Shown piece by piece: positions 41,561 through 56,501 of a stretch of 64,000 nt of DNA. A model generated the notes under the pieces. The model was not told the DNA's origin. It saw only the letters and a list, made by a program, of their open reading frames with translations, and did no database searches. The translations under genes and the position numbers were made by a program. This DNA comes from the human T2T-CHM13v2.0 reference genome, Homo sapiens: assembly GCF_009914755.1 (NCBI RefSeq), contig NC_060927.1; one strand, given 5' to 3'. Each line of letters opens with the position of its first letter. Position 1 is the stretch's first letter.

Positions 41561-41789
41561 ATAAATGTCTGAATTATCCACACTTTATAGATGAATTTCC
41601 TAAGTAAAGCCTCAGGTTAACAATAGCATTTACTAAAGTTCTCCTAATCTTCTGCTTCTATTCAGGGTCACATACTACATAGTCTTTGATCCCAAGAATC
41701 ATGCTACTAATGGAGTACTTACTGTATTAGCATGTTAAAATATTAGGAAAAAGATTATTGTACTACTTATGTTTGTGCATGGATTAATT

Positions 41790-42620
41790 CCTCTATTATT
41801 TGACCACTATTTATTGACAGCTTACAACGTATTAGGCATTGGGTGGAATAAAGACATGAGTAAGACACAGCCCTTACCACCAAGAGTCTCAGAATCTGGT
41901 AGGAATGCTATAGCAGAGACTGATGTTTACAACAGATGGCAGACTGTCATAGGTAAATGGATAAAAAAATAGATAAAGATATATAGATGACAGACAATAG
42001 ATATATGAGATTGGTAAATAGGTGGATAAATAGATGGACAGATAGATGGATGGACAGAGAGGTAGGTAGATAGATAATTAGGTAGGTACCTATCAATGAG
42101 TTAGATGTTGTCATTCTCTCTTAGAGTGAAAGCTGAAGCAGTGCCTCAAAGTCTACATGGTCTAGCTTCCTGCCACTCCCAACACTGTATCCTCCTATCC
42201 TGTTCCTTTCTTATTGTGTTTAAAATACTAACTTCCATGCTGTTGTTGAAATGCATTTAGTATGTTCTTCCTAAAGTTTTTTGCATTTCCTATTTCCTTT
42301 GACAGTTGGAATTTTTTTCCCTAAGATATACTCATAACTTTCTCTTTCCCTTAATTCCGATGTTCAAATGTTACCTCATCAAAGAAATATTCCCTGACCA
42401 CACTACTATTGCCGTTCCTCTCTCTACTTTTACTTATCACTGCTCTTCATTGAAGCTATCACTACCTGCCACGTTATACATTTATTTCTTTCTTTTTCTG
42501 TCTTCTAGAATGTAAGCTCCATAATAGTGTGAACTTTTGTTAACCACTCTATGCCCAGTGCCTGAATTGTAACTAACATATAGTAGGTACTCAATATGTA
42601 TTTGTTGGTTGAATGAATGA
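41790..42620. mobile_element. L2 fragments with a (TAGA/TGGA)n microsatellite at ~41970-42090
   Basis: L2 3' end signatures ctagaatgtaagctccat...gtaggtactcaatatgtatttgttggttgaatgaatga. Confidence 0.6.
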
Positions 42621-43099
42621 CTAGAAAATTATGTAAAAGCATCATGGAGAAGAACATGAAAGACATTGGATTCTGAATTAAGGAATTTTGGCTTTATTTG
42701 ATAGCTGTATCAGTCTACTACTCCCACAAAAATACATTGTCATAATACAATAATAATCATTTATTTCTCATGCATCTGCAGATCAGTGGCTAATGGTTGG
42801 CTAATTGAGGCTGTGCTCAACAGGATGGTTATACTGGTTTTAGTTGGGCTCACTTCATGAATCTGTAGTCAGCTTGCATCTGTAGCTAATCTTCAGGGAC
42901 CAATGGACCAGCCAGGGTGTTATCTTCTCATGGTGAAGACAGACCCAAATGAGAGCAAGACTGCCTGTGCCAGTAGTTTGCCATCCTCTATATGCATCAT
43001 GTCTGCCAACATACCATTGGCCACAGCAAATTATACCCCAAATCAAAGAACAGGGAAGTCACTTTGCTTGTAGAAGGAGGAGTAAAATTTAAATTGAAT

Positions 43100-44135
43100 C
43101 ATGTGGGGAATGTTATTTACATTTGTCAGCAGTTTAAGCTTTTTTATGGATTATTATAAAACATTTAAGTTTTTTCATCATTGAGATATATTATTTGGAG
43201 CCATTGTTGAATTGAAATTAATGAAGGTGAACCATCATGCAGTCTTCCAATTAAAAAAAATAGTTTCTAGCATGCAGGTGGTGGTGTACGTATGTCCGGA
43301 TCACAATATACCCAGTATGTAGGTTAATAACTTGTGCTGTTAAGAGATAGTTTGTTTTATACACGATTTATTTCCCAGCTTTTATCTTAGGAACAACTAA
43401 GTGCTCCCTCTGCTCCCATACAATTTTCCCTTCGTAGGAATTTAATTTATAAGACTGCTGACTTTAATTACAGATGGAAGCATGAAACTGTTCTATCAAA
43501 ATGTAATTGACTGTCATAATAGTATAGCTTTGAGATTTTCTTGTTTTCCTCTCCCATCTAAAAAGAGTAGACTCTGGAGATTAGAGTTAATGATGCTGAT
43601 GCTGTATTGATTGCTGGATTATTTGTTTTCTTTCTTCCTGCATTTGGGACTAACTTGATTATTTAAAAGACACCTGCAATTCTTTAGCAAGTGTTTAATT
43701 CCAGTCAGGGAATGTTCCATCACATATGTGGGTACTGTATTATAATGTTTACCTAAATATGACAATATGATAATAATATTTTTGTGTGTGTATATTATGT
43801 GTTCGGTAGGAGTTGCGGCAGAGAACAGTTTTAGTATTGGGCAAAAGTCCAAGAGTTAGAAGAGTTATCACTAGCAGGGTCAGGTTGAACAGAATTTCTA
43901 GGTTGCATTTCCTAGAAAAACTAAAGTCACATCTCCCCTATGTAAGAGATGAAGTCGATAGGGGGTGTTACGGGGCTGAAAATTATTCATATTCTTGAAG
44001 GCAATTTACTTATAAATGTGGCCACCAATAAATCTTTGGTTACATACTATATCCCAGATAGCCATACCATTGGCTAAAATTCCTAGCAGCTTCTGTTAAT
44101 TGGAGCCTAAATGGAGTTAATTACAGACAGGTGAA
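43100..44135 (+). pseudogene. Cadherin relic segments
   Basis: AIVELKLMKVNHHA (43200-43241), TLEIRVNDADAVL (43571-43609), GLKIIHI...LVTYYI, EPK-GV. Confidence 0.6.
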
Positions 44136-44924
44136 TCCTTTCATATTATGAATAGTGATGTCTATCATCCTTGTTTCAGTTAGATTTCACCATCATAACA
44201 GTGTTCATAAAGGGCTTTGTGCTTCATGACTTTGCTTCCCATGCTAAAATTGAATAGACCTACCTGCATGTTTTCTTTTTGTATTTTTTGCTGTTGTAAG
44301 ACAGTTATTCTCGTTTTTAACATCTGCCCCAGCTCTTCACTATGCCCACTCTCTGAAAATGATTTGGTAGTTTCCCTCTTGGTTTTATTTGATCCGTAGA
44401 ATGAAGGTAAATAAATGGTGAGCATGTCAATACAAGCATGCACAACCCAGTACGGGTGCACAAAGATGGGGAAAATGAAGCAAGTGGATTTAAGTATCCT
44501 AACTCAGTATTGTTTTATTAAAACAATACTTAGAATAGTCTTTTTATTAAATAATTTTGATAGAATAACATATAATTCTGATTAATTTGCTAGAATAAAT
44601 ATAGGTTTTTACTTAACTCCTGGATAATCACATCTAAACTGTGATAGAATTATGACAAATTTCTAAAAGATTCTTCATTAGGCAGCCTGTGTGAACTCTT
44701 TTTTTGAGATGGAACCATGTATATTTTGAAGATCTCATCACCACATATCTATGACATTTCACATAATGACTCCGTAAAGACATATTCTGACACATTCTCA
44801 TTAGCAAGTTATATAGATTGCTTACTAAAGTAGTGGAAATTACTTTTGAATGAACTCTGCAAGCCTGGGTAAATGACTATGTGAGAATGAGTTAATCAGC
44901 TGTCTTTGTTAAATGTTTTTCTAA

Positions 44925-45600
44925 GTGTGGGAGGCCTTAGCAGGTAATTTGGCTTTCTCTGATTTGCAGCTGCTGTCATCATTGCTGTATGTGATTGATA
45001 TGTCTGACTGGACAAATTTGCAACCTGACACTAATGCTGATGAATGGTTCACAGATACTGGATTATTGATAATTTCAGAAAGTGCCCATGGAATTGCATC
45101 TAAGGGGCTGGTTTTTCAACTTGCAGATCCATGTCGTGGTAAAACTTATGAGGCAAAATTTCTTTGTGAGAGTTTTGAGTTAAGCCCCATATAAGGTATA
45201 GTAAAAATGCAACAAATTGTGCTATGAATTTTCTCTAGAAGAACAAATTTCAGCCTCAGTTTTGGTATCAGGTAGATATATTCTTACAGATAATGGATTC
45301 CTTTACAATTTTGTGTTTTACCTGCAACTGCTTTATGAAGTAAAGGATTATTTTTGCTTAATAGCTGCACAATGTTTTGCAGAGATGTAGAATGTTAGGC
45401 TTAAATGTATCATTTGATATTGCCAAGTCCAATACTTGTCAAAACCTCTCTAATGTCAGAGGAGGGTAAATACTTGCATTCTGAAATTTGGGAGTGGAAC
45501 CTAAAACCAATAAACACGGTTGTATTTGAGGTCGTAAGATTTAGAATCTTTATCCATAGTATACCCATGTTCATTGAACCAATATTTCTGCTTGGCTGAG
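44925..45600 (+). pseudogene. Cadherin relic (~2 EC repeats)
   Basis: ORF 44925-45194: LLSSLLYVIDMSD..IISESAHG..LADP..FELSPI*GIVK..YE; CRDVE-GLN. Confidence 0.6.
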
Positions 45601-46911
45601 CTTCCTTGTCTGCATGAATTAAATTAAATTGGCTTAATACCCTCATTCCCATGTCCTATGAGAATTCCAAAGCCTTTCTCATGATATGTGTACATTCCTA
45701 GGGGCTAGGTCACCTGTCTCTCAGGTTGTGTTGGTCACCTGTCTCTCAGATTTCCTGCTTTCACTGAACTTTCAGTCTCTCTCTCAAGTCTTATCATCTT
45801 TAGCTATTTTCTCCCCACCCCCTTGAAGATCAAAAAATAGGGTTCCCTTCATTCGTTTCCCCATAATGTAACTCATACAAGGTATATGTAGGAATACTAA
45901 ATGTTGGTTAAAAAAATAGTTCAGTGGCAATGAATTTGCAGCATAGCACCACACAGCAGAAACTTAAGAGTAAATGTGAGCCAATTTTGATCTTAAAAGT
46001 GTTCTGTCACCCTGCCTCTGGGATCTTCTCACCAGCTAACATTGATCTGTAGGCTCTTCTTCTGCCACCCATGCCTTATTTCATCTCACTCATTTTTTCT
46101 CTCTCCATACTCCATTCTTCTCTGAATTGTGTCACAAAGTTTTGCTAATATCATATCTAGAATGGTTTAGGTACCTGTCTAGTTCCAGAAAACTGAGGCT
46201 ACTTCACTAGGCACCTTTGTATCATAAACCTTTTCCATCAAGGTGGCTCCTTGAAAAAGATTGTTTTATTTCACAGAAGAATTCCATAAAGAATCTCCTC
46301 CTTTATTTCCTCCATGTTACACTGATTTTAATTAAAAAGCTTTGTTCCTCTTATATATTTAGTACATTTTCTGCTTCAACAACATGTGACCATTTTTAAC
46401 TTATAATTTTGTGCTTACCTCCCTATATATCCTAAACATTCAGTTTGAAAAGAATGGGTCTATCTCCTGACACAAGTATGAGTCTACTTCTCGGTCTCTC
46501 TTCTGTTATGTCAGCCTCTCTCATTTTATGAGAAATGAAATCCAACATCACTAAGTGATTTGCCCAATGTTCCAAAACTCAGAACACTTAACAGGGAATA
46601 CAAAATTCTGCTCTCTCATTATTCAAGATGGAATAAGTTTCTTATTATTAGTGAAATTGTGTCAAGCAAGTACATCTCTACTTTCTCATAGGGGATCCTT
46701 AATTGTGTGCCTAATCTTTTAAGAAAAATTTTGTATTCTAAAAATATCCATGTGAAATGTCCATACGTGTTTTTTTTTTCACTTATGCCTGCATTGACCT
46801 GTTTATAAATTTCTTTTGGAATATTACCTGCGGGAAACTTCAATGTTATGTTAACTTATGTACCATCATGTGGGAAGGTTTATCTATCTGCCAGATCCTG
46901 TTCAGGTATTT

Positions 46912-47211
<300 letters not shown>

Positions 47212-47727
47212 CTGTTCAGGTATTTTTGTGTTTTCCTTTGTCCTGATGGTGAGTCATCTGATTATCAGGGGCCAGCAAGACCTTGGAGAACTGCTGTCTC
47301 AGAACTGAGGACAAGGTTTCTATTTTGGTTCTTTCCCCCACAGATTATTTTTCTTTCAAGCTTTGTGTCTTATTAATTTCCATGATTGACCACACATTTT
47401 CTTGTGGGTACAAATTCTCACCAAATCAACATAGATTTAAAAAATTCCACCTGTGTTCTTTGAACTGTGCAAGTTTTGATCAGGGATTGAAAAAAGTATA
47501 TACCTTGGTTCTTATTCTCAATTTTCTTAGTGTTGGAGAGAAGAAATAGATATGTTTAAAAGTTAAGTAATAAGATTTAAGTGACATTTTTAAGAAAATA
47601 ATAGAAGTAATATCATAAAGCTGAACACTATACATTGATAAATTAAAGGTATTTAGACAAATGACTATGTTTGTGCTCTTTTGAAAATCTGCTCAAAGCT
47701 GTGGACTCTGTCTAAAGAAATGGACAT

Positions 47728-47845
47728 ACACATATACATTAATGATTGTTATATCTCCATGGAGAATTATGTGTATATGTGTCTAATAAAAACATTTCAA
47801 AATGCATGTGGCAAAACTGACAGAAATGCAAGGAGAAATAGATGA
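47728..47845. repeat. Short part-inverted copy of 56254-56359
   Basis: 47728-47769 matches 56318-56359 forward; 47772-47845 matches the reverse complement of 56254-56328 almost exactly. Confidence 0.85.
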
Positions 47846-48869
47846 CGTTAAGAAGCCTTAGTCCAGACTGAAAGTACCATAGGGGTTGAAAGACATGGAT
47901 GATTGATTCCAGATGGACTGATCAAGGAGACTTCTGGAGATAGGTCTTGAAAGATTAACAGAAGGGAAAAGGGCAAGGCTGGGGCAGAGAGCATTCCAGA
48001 CAGGAAAAACCCCGAGAAAAACTGTAAAAGACAGGACATTAAAAAGCATAGTTTGGCAGTGCTAAACCAATTTGGAGTGAGGCAGAAGTGGAAGGAAAAA
48101 TATCAGGAATGGGATCAGCTTGTGTTGGGTTGCAGAGGACTGTGAATAATGGTGCAATTATTTTTATTTATTTATTACAAAAGTAATACATGCTCACTGT
48201 AAGAAGTTCAAATCATAATGGGATCTAAGAAATAGAAAGTGAAAATCCTTTTCTTCTAATTGTGGAGTATTATTAGTATGCACTACATGTGCTGAACCTG
48301 CTTTTTGATTGAACAATGTAGGCATTATGGCCGCCTTTCTACATCAAACATAAATATAAGCCTTGTCATTTTAATGATTTCAGCATGTTTTTATATGAAA
48401 GTACCATGATTTGTGTCATCAATTTTTCGAAGTTTTCTCCCTTATTTCACTAGTATACCCATTATGGCAATAAACATCCTTATTCTTATACTTTCAAGCA
48501 CTTCTCTTATTGTATCTTTAGGGACAAATTCCTAAAACTTCTAGATCAAAGGATATACATATTTCAAATTCTGACCCATTTTATTAGATTACCCACCAGA
48601 AATTCCATCTCTGTCAAGAGGTGTAAGAATCCCCGTCTTCTCATATCTTCTACTTTAACATTTTTGATCTCTTAATAATACCTTTTCTTGGTTTGGAGTA
48701 CAGTTATATTGTTATTTTTAAAAATAACTCTTCAGTCCTTTCTTTGGACCAAGAAAGGGAGAGAAAGGGTGGGGAGGGGAAGGGGAGAGAGAGACACAGA
48801 GAGAAAGAGCACGAGCGAGCTGAAGCATTTTTGTTCATCTCTCTTGCTGTCCTCAGAGTTGTGTATTTC

Positions 48870-49270
48870 TTAGGAACCAGAGCAAATTCTGTAACAATTA
48901 TGAAAAGAATGATAATAAAGAAGAGTATTCTGTGTGAAAGAAACATGAGAACCTGTCATGGGGATGTTATACTGGTTTAGTGACGGGTAGATGAAAACTG
49001 TGATGAAAACAGATGTAGAAGAAATGAAAGAGATAAGCTGAAGCAGAAAAAGCCCTTACCATAAGGAATAAGAGACTACATGTGCAGGTCTGCAAGAGAA
49101 ACCATACTCTTTCTTCACAGTCGACACACCCTATCTTAGCCATTTTGTATGCTAATAGCATGCACACCCATTGGAGGCAGTGATCCCAGAAGGGCCATTG
49201 AGTGCTAGTGTAGCCATTCCACCTCCAACCTGCCCAGTGCTTGCCTAATTGAAAAGCTGAAGTATGGCTA
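48870..49270 (+). pseudogene. Cadherin relic
   Basis: YEKNDNK, HGDVILV..VDENCDEN, FFTVD, LEAVIPEGPLSASV (49171-49212). Confidence 0.5.
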
Positions 49271-49896
49271 TCCACACAGCAACACCCTAAAACATGGTTT
49301 TCCTAATATGGGACAGCGATGATTCATAATATTTTGTTCAAAAGGTCTACCTAATTACCCCTCTTTGTATACAAACCTAGACTTTGTATTAGATGGGGCT
49401 TCTGCTTGTCCAAAAACTTTTCAATTTATCCTTAAGTTTACGCTCTTAGTCTGTATTTTTAAGTTTAATACAGGCTAGTACTTTTTAGGGTCAGTTGGCT
49501 TTTATTCTTACTGTGATTTTCCTGTTCTGTCCACAAATGAGCACACGCCGTGGTTAGTTGTTAGAGAGATGTTACACAAGATGTTATTTGCATAATGAGT
49601 TAACTCACCTTCATTAATTTCCTGTTAGTCCTCTTTCTTTTTCTAATCCTTGCTCACTAGGGCAGTTGTGATGTTTGCCTGGCTAACTCCACTTTCCATG
49701 TTTGATATCCCTTCTATGAGTTTTTAAAAAATTCACTCTCCTTCTAGGAAATTAGTGCTTCCCTGTTACTTCCATCTTCTATCCATTATAATTCAGAAAA
49801 GATGTTATGTTAGTATCTTACTATAAAATTCCATCCATTTTGTATATTTAGGGTTATCTGGAACATAAACCTTATCTCACATTGTGATCTAAGACA

Positions 49897-50100
49897 GAGG
49901 TCAGTAAATTTCTTCTGTAAAAGGCCAGGTGGTAAATATTTTAGGCTTTATAACCCACATATGGTCTCTGTGGCAGATTTTTTCTTTTATTGATTTTTTT
50001 ACAGCCGTTTAGAAATGTAAAAAGCATTCTTAGATCACAGGCCATACTAAAAAGGGTTTTAGAATTGGCCCACAGCCATATTTTTCTGTCTTCTGACCTA
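49897..50100. mobile_element. MER58A-like MITE
   Basis: cagaggtcagtaaatttcttctgtaaaaggccaggtggtaaatattttaggcttt. Confidence 0.75.
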
Positions 50101-50149
50101 AGAGGCTACACTGCGAGGATGAAAATTTTCCATTTATTTCAACATTTGC

Positions 50150-51010
50150 CCAGGAGACATCAAAGCTAACCACTGTAATTTTTCTAAGCAGCTAAGAATC
50201 ATGAAGTTTGAAAGACTCCAGTATACCGGACTCTTATTGGACTTAATGGAAAACTGTTTTTGACCAATGGACAATGGTCTTTGTTTTAACCAATTACGGG
50301 CAGACCTGAGGATTTATTTCATGCTAGGTTTTCAGACCTACCTTTCTTGAAGCCCTTGAGTTCCTCCCACCCCCAGGTGATCTACTTAGTGAAGTTTGAC
50401 ATTTGTGTATGTTCTCTTGTCCGGCAAGTTAAGAAACTGAGGGTTTTTTTTTCTTTTTCCTTGGGTAGTCTTTGTTTTAGTCATTGACAATTCCCTATGG
50501 AAGAAATTCACACGTTAGTCAGCAGGTGGAAAAGTTCTTGCGGATGTTGAGTAAGGAGAACTTTTCTTATAGTTTCTGAAATTATGCTTATCAAAAGAAT
50601 AAAGTTTGGTCAGCTGGGGAAAAATGAGAATGAACAGATAAGGACATCTTGTTTTTGTACAAAGTATAGGAGATACTGTTTAGTCTTTTTAACAAAATAG
50701 AGCAAAATTGTTTACTGTCAGAAAAAAATGTGAAAGTCTTTGAAATTAGCAGAAGTCATTACTGAGTGTCCTGCAAATATAGAAAATTGATGATGATGCA
50801 AATTTTGTTTGTTCATACAAATGCAAATAACTTGTATCCAAATAAGTTCAATGAATTATCGCCCCATGGATTTCAACTAGTTTTTATCTATTCGTCAACT
50901 CAAGTGTTCCTGATTTCCCTTATATATTCATTCTTTGAGTTCTCCTTTGGACCAGATATAACATCTTCCTACTCTCATTAATTAATGACTTAAATAAACT
51001 CTTTGCCATG
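50150..51010 (+). pseudogene. Cadherin relic (~2-3 EC repeats)
   Basis: IGLNGKL (50236-50256), PITG, NSHVSQQV/KVLADVE, KIDDDANF, NELSPHGFQLVFI..LIYS. Confidence 0.65.
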
Positions 51011-52391
51011 TAGGACATTAAACATTATTATGAAAATTATCTTCTAACAATCTTAGCATGGCACAATATACTTCATTGTAACATGTAAGCATGTATTATT
51101 TGTGGCATATGGTTTTATAGTTATAAATCATGTTTTACATTGTTTTTACTCACTATATATATAAGCGAATTATTTGACTTAATTATCTAGGTAACTGAAG
51201 TCCATGGAAATTAGGCTTTACTTGTCTAGGCATTTTTGTGTGTAAGTCTTTCTAACTAAAAGATCTGATCATGAGAAATAATTCTCCACTCCTTTTTATC
51301 CATATGTCTATCTGTGATGCATAAATGTTAGGTTTTGCCTATGATTTTGTGGCAACCAATTAGGTCAGCTTAAAATTTCAAGTTGAACTGACATCACATT
51401 TTTAAAAATGTGATACACTTAACAAATAGCAGTTTTAGGTTTACAGCAAAATTGAGCAGAAGGTACAGAGGTTTCACATACCTCTTGCCCCCATACATGC
51501 ATAGCTTCCCCCGTTATCAGCATCTCCCACACAAGATTGGTACATTTGTTACAGTTGGTGAATCTATATTGACACAACATTTTCACCCAAAGTCCAAAGT
51601 TTTTACATTAGGAATCACTCTTGGTGTTGTATGTTCTATGAATTTGAAGAAGTGAATAGTGGCATGTATTCACCATTATAGTATCATTCAGAGTAGTTTC
51701 ACTGCCCCAAAAATTCTGTGTTCTGACTGATTCATCCCTTCCTCTCCTCTAACCCTTGGCAACTACTGACCTTTTAACAATAGTTTTGTCTCCACAGTGT
51801 TGCTTTTTCCAGTACGTCTTATAATTGGAATCATATGTTATGTAGCCTTTCCAGATCTACTTCTTTGACTTAGTAATACATGTTTAAATGTTCTCCGTGT
51901 CTTTCCACGGCTTGATAGTGCAGTTTTTAGTGCTAAATAATATTCCATTGTCTGGGAACACCACAGTTAATTTATCTGTTCACCTACTGGAGGATATATC
52001 GGTTGCTTTCAAGTTTTGGCAATTATGAATAAAGCTGCCATAAACATCCGCGTGCAGGTGGTGTATAGACATAGTTTTCAACTCCTTTGAGTAAATACCA
52101 AGGAACAAGATTGTTTTTGCATTCCCATCAGCAATAGTGAAAGTGCCTGTTGTTTCATATGCTAGCTGGCATTTTATGTTATCTAATACTGATACTAATA
52201 TGGATTTTGCCATTTTAATAAGTAAGCAGTGGCATCTCATTGTCCTTTTATTTTTCATTCTTCTGATGTCATATGATGTGGAGCATCTTTCATATGCTTA
52301 TTTGCCATCTGTGTATCTTCTTTGATGGGAAATCTATTAAGATCTTTGGCCCACTTTTTAATCAGTTTGTTTGTTTTCTTATTGTTGAGTA

Positions 52392-52577
52392 CAGATGGTC
52401 CCCAATGTAGGGTGGTTTGACTTAAAAATTTTCAACTTTCCAGTGGGTTTATTGGGACATAACCCAGTATATCTTAAGTCAATAACCATCTGGACTTAAG
52501 GTTGTTTGACTTATGATTTTTTTACTTATAATGAGATTTATTGAGAAGTAATCCCATTGTAAATCAAGAAGCATCTG
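52392..52577. mobile_element. MER47/Tigger-type MITE
   Basis: TA TSD with cagatg...catctg terminal inverted repeats. Confidence 0.7.
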
Positions 52578-54370
52578 TATTAAGAGTTCTTTGTATATTT
52601 TGCGTAACAGTCCTTTATTCAGGTATTTTGTTTGCATATATTTTTTCCAACTTGTGGCTTTTCTTTGCTTCCTCTTGATAGCATCTTTCGCAAAGCAGAA
52701 AATTTTAATTTTAATGTAGTCCAGCTTATCAATTACTTCTTTCATGGATTGTATCTTTGATATAGTATCTAAAAAGTGATTGCCAAACTGAAGGTTATTT
52801 AGATTTTTTCCTATGTTATCTTCTAGGAGTTTTATAGTTCTGCATTTTGCATTTAAGTCTGTGATCCATTTTGACTTAATTTTTGTGAAGGATGTGAGCT
52901 CTGTGTTCAGATTTATTGTTTTCACATGTGGATGTCCAGTTGCTCCAGCACCATTTGTTAGAAAGACTATAATTTCTTCATTGTACTGCCTTTGCTTCTT
53001 TATGAAAGATTAGTTGATTATGCTAATGTGGGTTTACTGCTGGGCTCTCTATTCTGTTCCATTTATCTATTTGTTTGTTCTTTCACCAATGCCACGCTGT
53101 CTTGATTACTACAGTTTTACAGCAAGTTTTCAGTTTGAGTATTGTTAGTTCTCCAACTTCTCCAATATTGTGTTGGTTATTCTGGGTCTATTGCGTCTCT
53201 TTATAAATTTTAGAATCAACTTTTTGATATCCAGAAAATAACTGGGTAGGATTTAGATTGGAATTGCTTTGAATCTATAAATCAAGTTGGGAAGAACTGA
53301 GATCTTGAAAATACTGAGTCTTCATGTTCATAAAGATGAATATCTTTCTATTTATTTAGTTCTTTAATTTTTTTCATCAGAATTTTATATTTCTTCCCAT
53401 AGGTCTTGTACATATTTTTACCAGATCCATACCTAAATATTTCATTTTTGGTTATGCTAATGTAAATGGCATTATGTTTTTAATTTCAAATTTCACTTGT
53501 TCACAGCTTGTATACAGGAAAGTAATTGATTTTTGTACACTAACCTTGTATCATGAAAGCTTGTTAAATTTCCTGTTAGTTCCAGGATTTTTTTTCTGGT
53601 GATTCTTTCAGATTTTCTACAGAGATAATGATGTGATCTGTTAACAAAGACCAGTTTTATTTCTTCTTTCTAAATCTGTATACATTTTCTTTTATTGTCT
53701 ATTACATTTGCTAGAACTTCCAGTATGATATTGTAAAAAGTAGTGGTGAGAGGTGACATCCTTGCCTTATTCCTGTGATTAGTAGAAAAGCCTCTAGTTT
53801 CCCACCATTAAGTATGATGTTAGTTGTAGGTGTTTTGTAAATATTTTTTAATCAAGTGGAGGTTCACCTTTATTTCCAATTTACATGAGAGTTTTTATGA
53901 TAGATTGGTGTTGGATTTTTCATATGCTTTTTCTACATCTATTGGTTTAATAATGTGGCTTTTATTCTAAATATTTTATTCTAACACTTGTTGATAAGAT
54001 GGATTACATTAATTTCTATTTGAATGTTGGACAAGGCTTTCATTCGTGGGATAAATTTCACTTAGTTGTATGTATAATATTTTATAATTGTTAGATTTGT
54101 TTTGCTAACATTTTGTTGAAAATTTTTACATCTATATTTATGAGAGATATTAGTCTGTGGTTTTCTTTTCTTGTAATGTCTTTGTTTGGTAGTAGTATTA
54201 GAGTAATACTGGCCCCATACAATATGAAACTATTCCCTCTGTTTCTATCTTCTGAAAGAGAGAGTCGAGAATTGGTATAATTTTTTCCTTAAATCTTTGG
54301 TAGAACCTACCATTGAGCACTTTCATTTCTGATACTCATAATTTGTGTCCCTTTTCATAGTTAGCCTGGC

Positions 54371-55239
54371 TGTAAGACATAGAAAAAAAGAGTGTTTTTC
54401 ATACTCTCATGCACCATTCAGTAGAACACTTCTGACACCAAATGTGTGCATTTTTTTCCCAGGCACACATCAAGTAATTCTCCAGAGATTACCAACTGGG
54501 TGTCCTATAATGTGACTTGATTCTGACACTATCTACCCAGAGATAGCATCAGATGCCACAGGGTAAGGACTCAGTCCTACAAGACTGCCCCCACCTCGGA
54601 TGCCAGTTGAAAGTCCCAGGTTATGACCTGTGGTTCTGACCAACTGGCTATAAATTGAGGTTTCCATGACCCCCTCCTTGAGTTTAGTTAATTTGGTAGG
54701 GTAGCTCATAGAACTCAGGAAAACACTTTACTTATATTTACACATTTATTATAGAGGATGTTACAAAGTATTCCGATGAACAGCCAGGTGAAGAGATGTA
54801 TAGGGCAAGGTCTGGAAGGAAAGGGGCATGGAGCTTCTATGCCCTCTCTCAGTGTACAAGCCTCCAGGAAACTCCATGTGTTTAGCAATCCGGAAACTCT
54901 CTGAACCCTGTATTTTTGTGTTTTTATCATGGCTTCATTATGTAGGCATGATTAATTAAACCATTAGCCAGTGTTGGTCAGCTCAACCTTCAACCCTTCT
55001 CTCCTCCTCTGAGATTGGTGAGTAGGGCAGGACTTCAAATTCCAACCACGTGATCTCATGATCATTTTCCCTGGTAACCAGCCCTTATCCTGAGGCTATG
55101 CAAGAGCCCACCAAGAGCCACCTAATTAGAATAAAAGATGCTCCTGTTATCTAGGAAATTTCAAGGGACTTAGGACCTTCATGTCAGGAACCATAGGCAG
55201 AGACCAAATATATATTTCTTATTATATCAAAACGTCACA
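54371..55239 (-). mobile_element. MER21-type LTR
   Basis: ttctgacactatctacccagagatagcatcag...cagagaccaaatatatatttcttattatatc...caca. Confidence 0.8.
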
Positions 55240-55339
55240 GAAGTGTATTGATTTTATTAATCTTTTCAAAGAATTAGCTTTGATATTGTTTTTTTTCCTA
55301 TTTATTTAAATATTATTGATACCGACTCTACTTTTTCTT

Positions 55340-55691
<352 letters not shown>

Positions 55692-56501
55692 TAGTTTCCT
55701 AGTGTAAAACTTAGATTATTGATTTAGATCTTTTTTTTCTACTATATGCATTCAATGCTATAAGGTGCCATCTAAATACTGCTTTTGTTATATCCTGCAC
55801 ATTTTGATGTTTTGTTTTTATTTTCATTTAGTTCAAAACATTTTAAAATTTATATTGAGATTTCTTCTCTAATCCACTGATCTATGTGTTGTTTACAGCA
55901 TGTTGTTTAATCTCCTACTATTTGGAGGTTTTCCAGTTATCTTTCTGTTCTTGATTTCTAGTTTATTTCTGTTGTGGTCTGAAAGTAGACACTGTATGAT
56001 TTGTATTCTTTTAAATTTGTTTAGGTGTATTTTATGGCCCAGAATGTGGTCTGTCATGGTGAATATTGCATGTGAGCTTAAAATAAATGGGTATTTTGCT
56101 GTTGTTGGATAAAGTAGTCTGTAGATGTCAATTACATCCAGGTGATTAATGGTGTTGGTGAGTTCAGCTATGTTCTTACTGATTTTCTGCTTGCTGAATC
56201 ATCTCTACATTTCTGATAGAGGGGTGTTGAAGTCTCCAACTATAATAGTCTCTTCATCTATTTCTCCTTGCATTTCTGTCAGTTTTTGCCACATGTATTT
56301 TGAAACGTTTTTATTAGACACATATACATTAATGATTATCATATCTCCTTGGAGAATTAATCTCTTTATCAGTATGTAATGTCCCTCTTTATCTCTGAAA
56401 ATTTTCCTTGGTCTGCTGTCTGCATTGTCTTGTATCACGAAAGCTTGTCTGCATCGTCTGAAGTTAACATAGTTCCCCCTACTATTTTTGATTAGTGCTA
56501 G

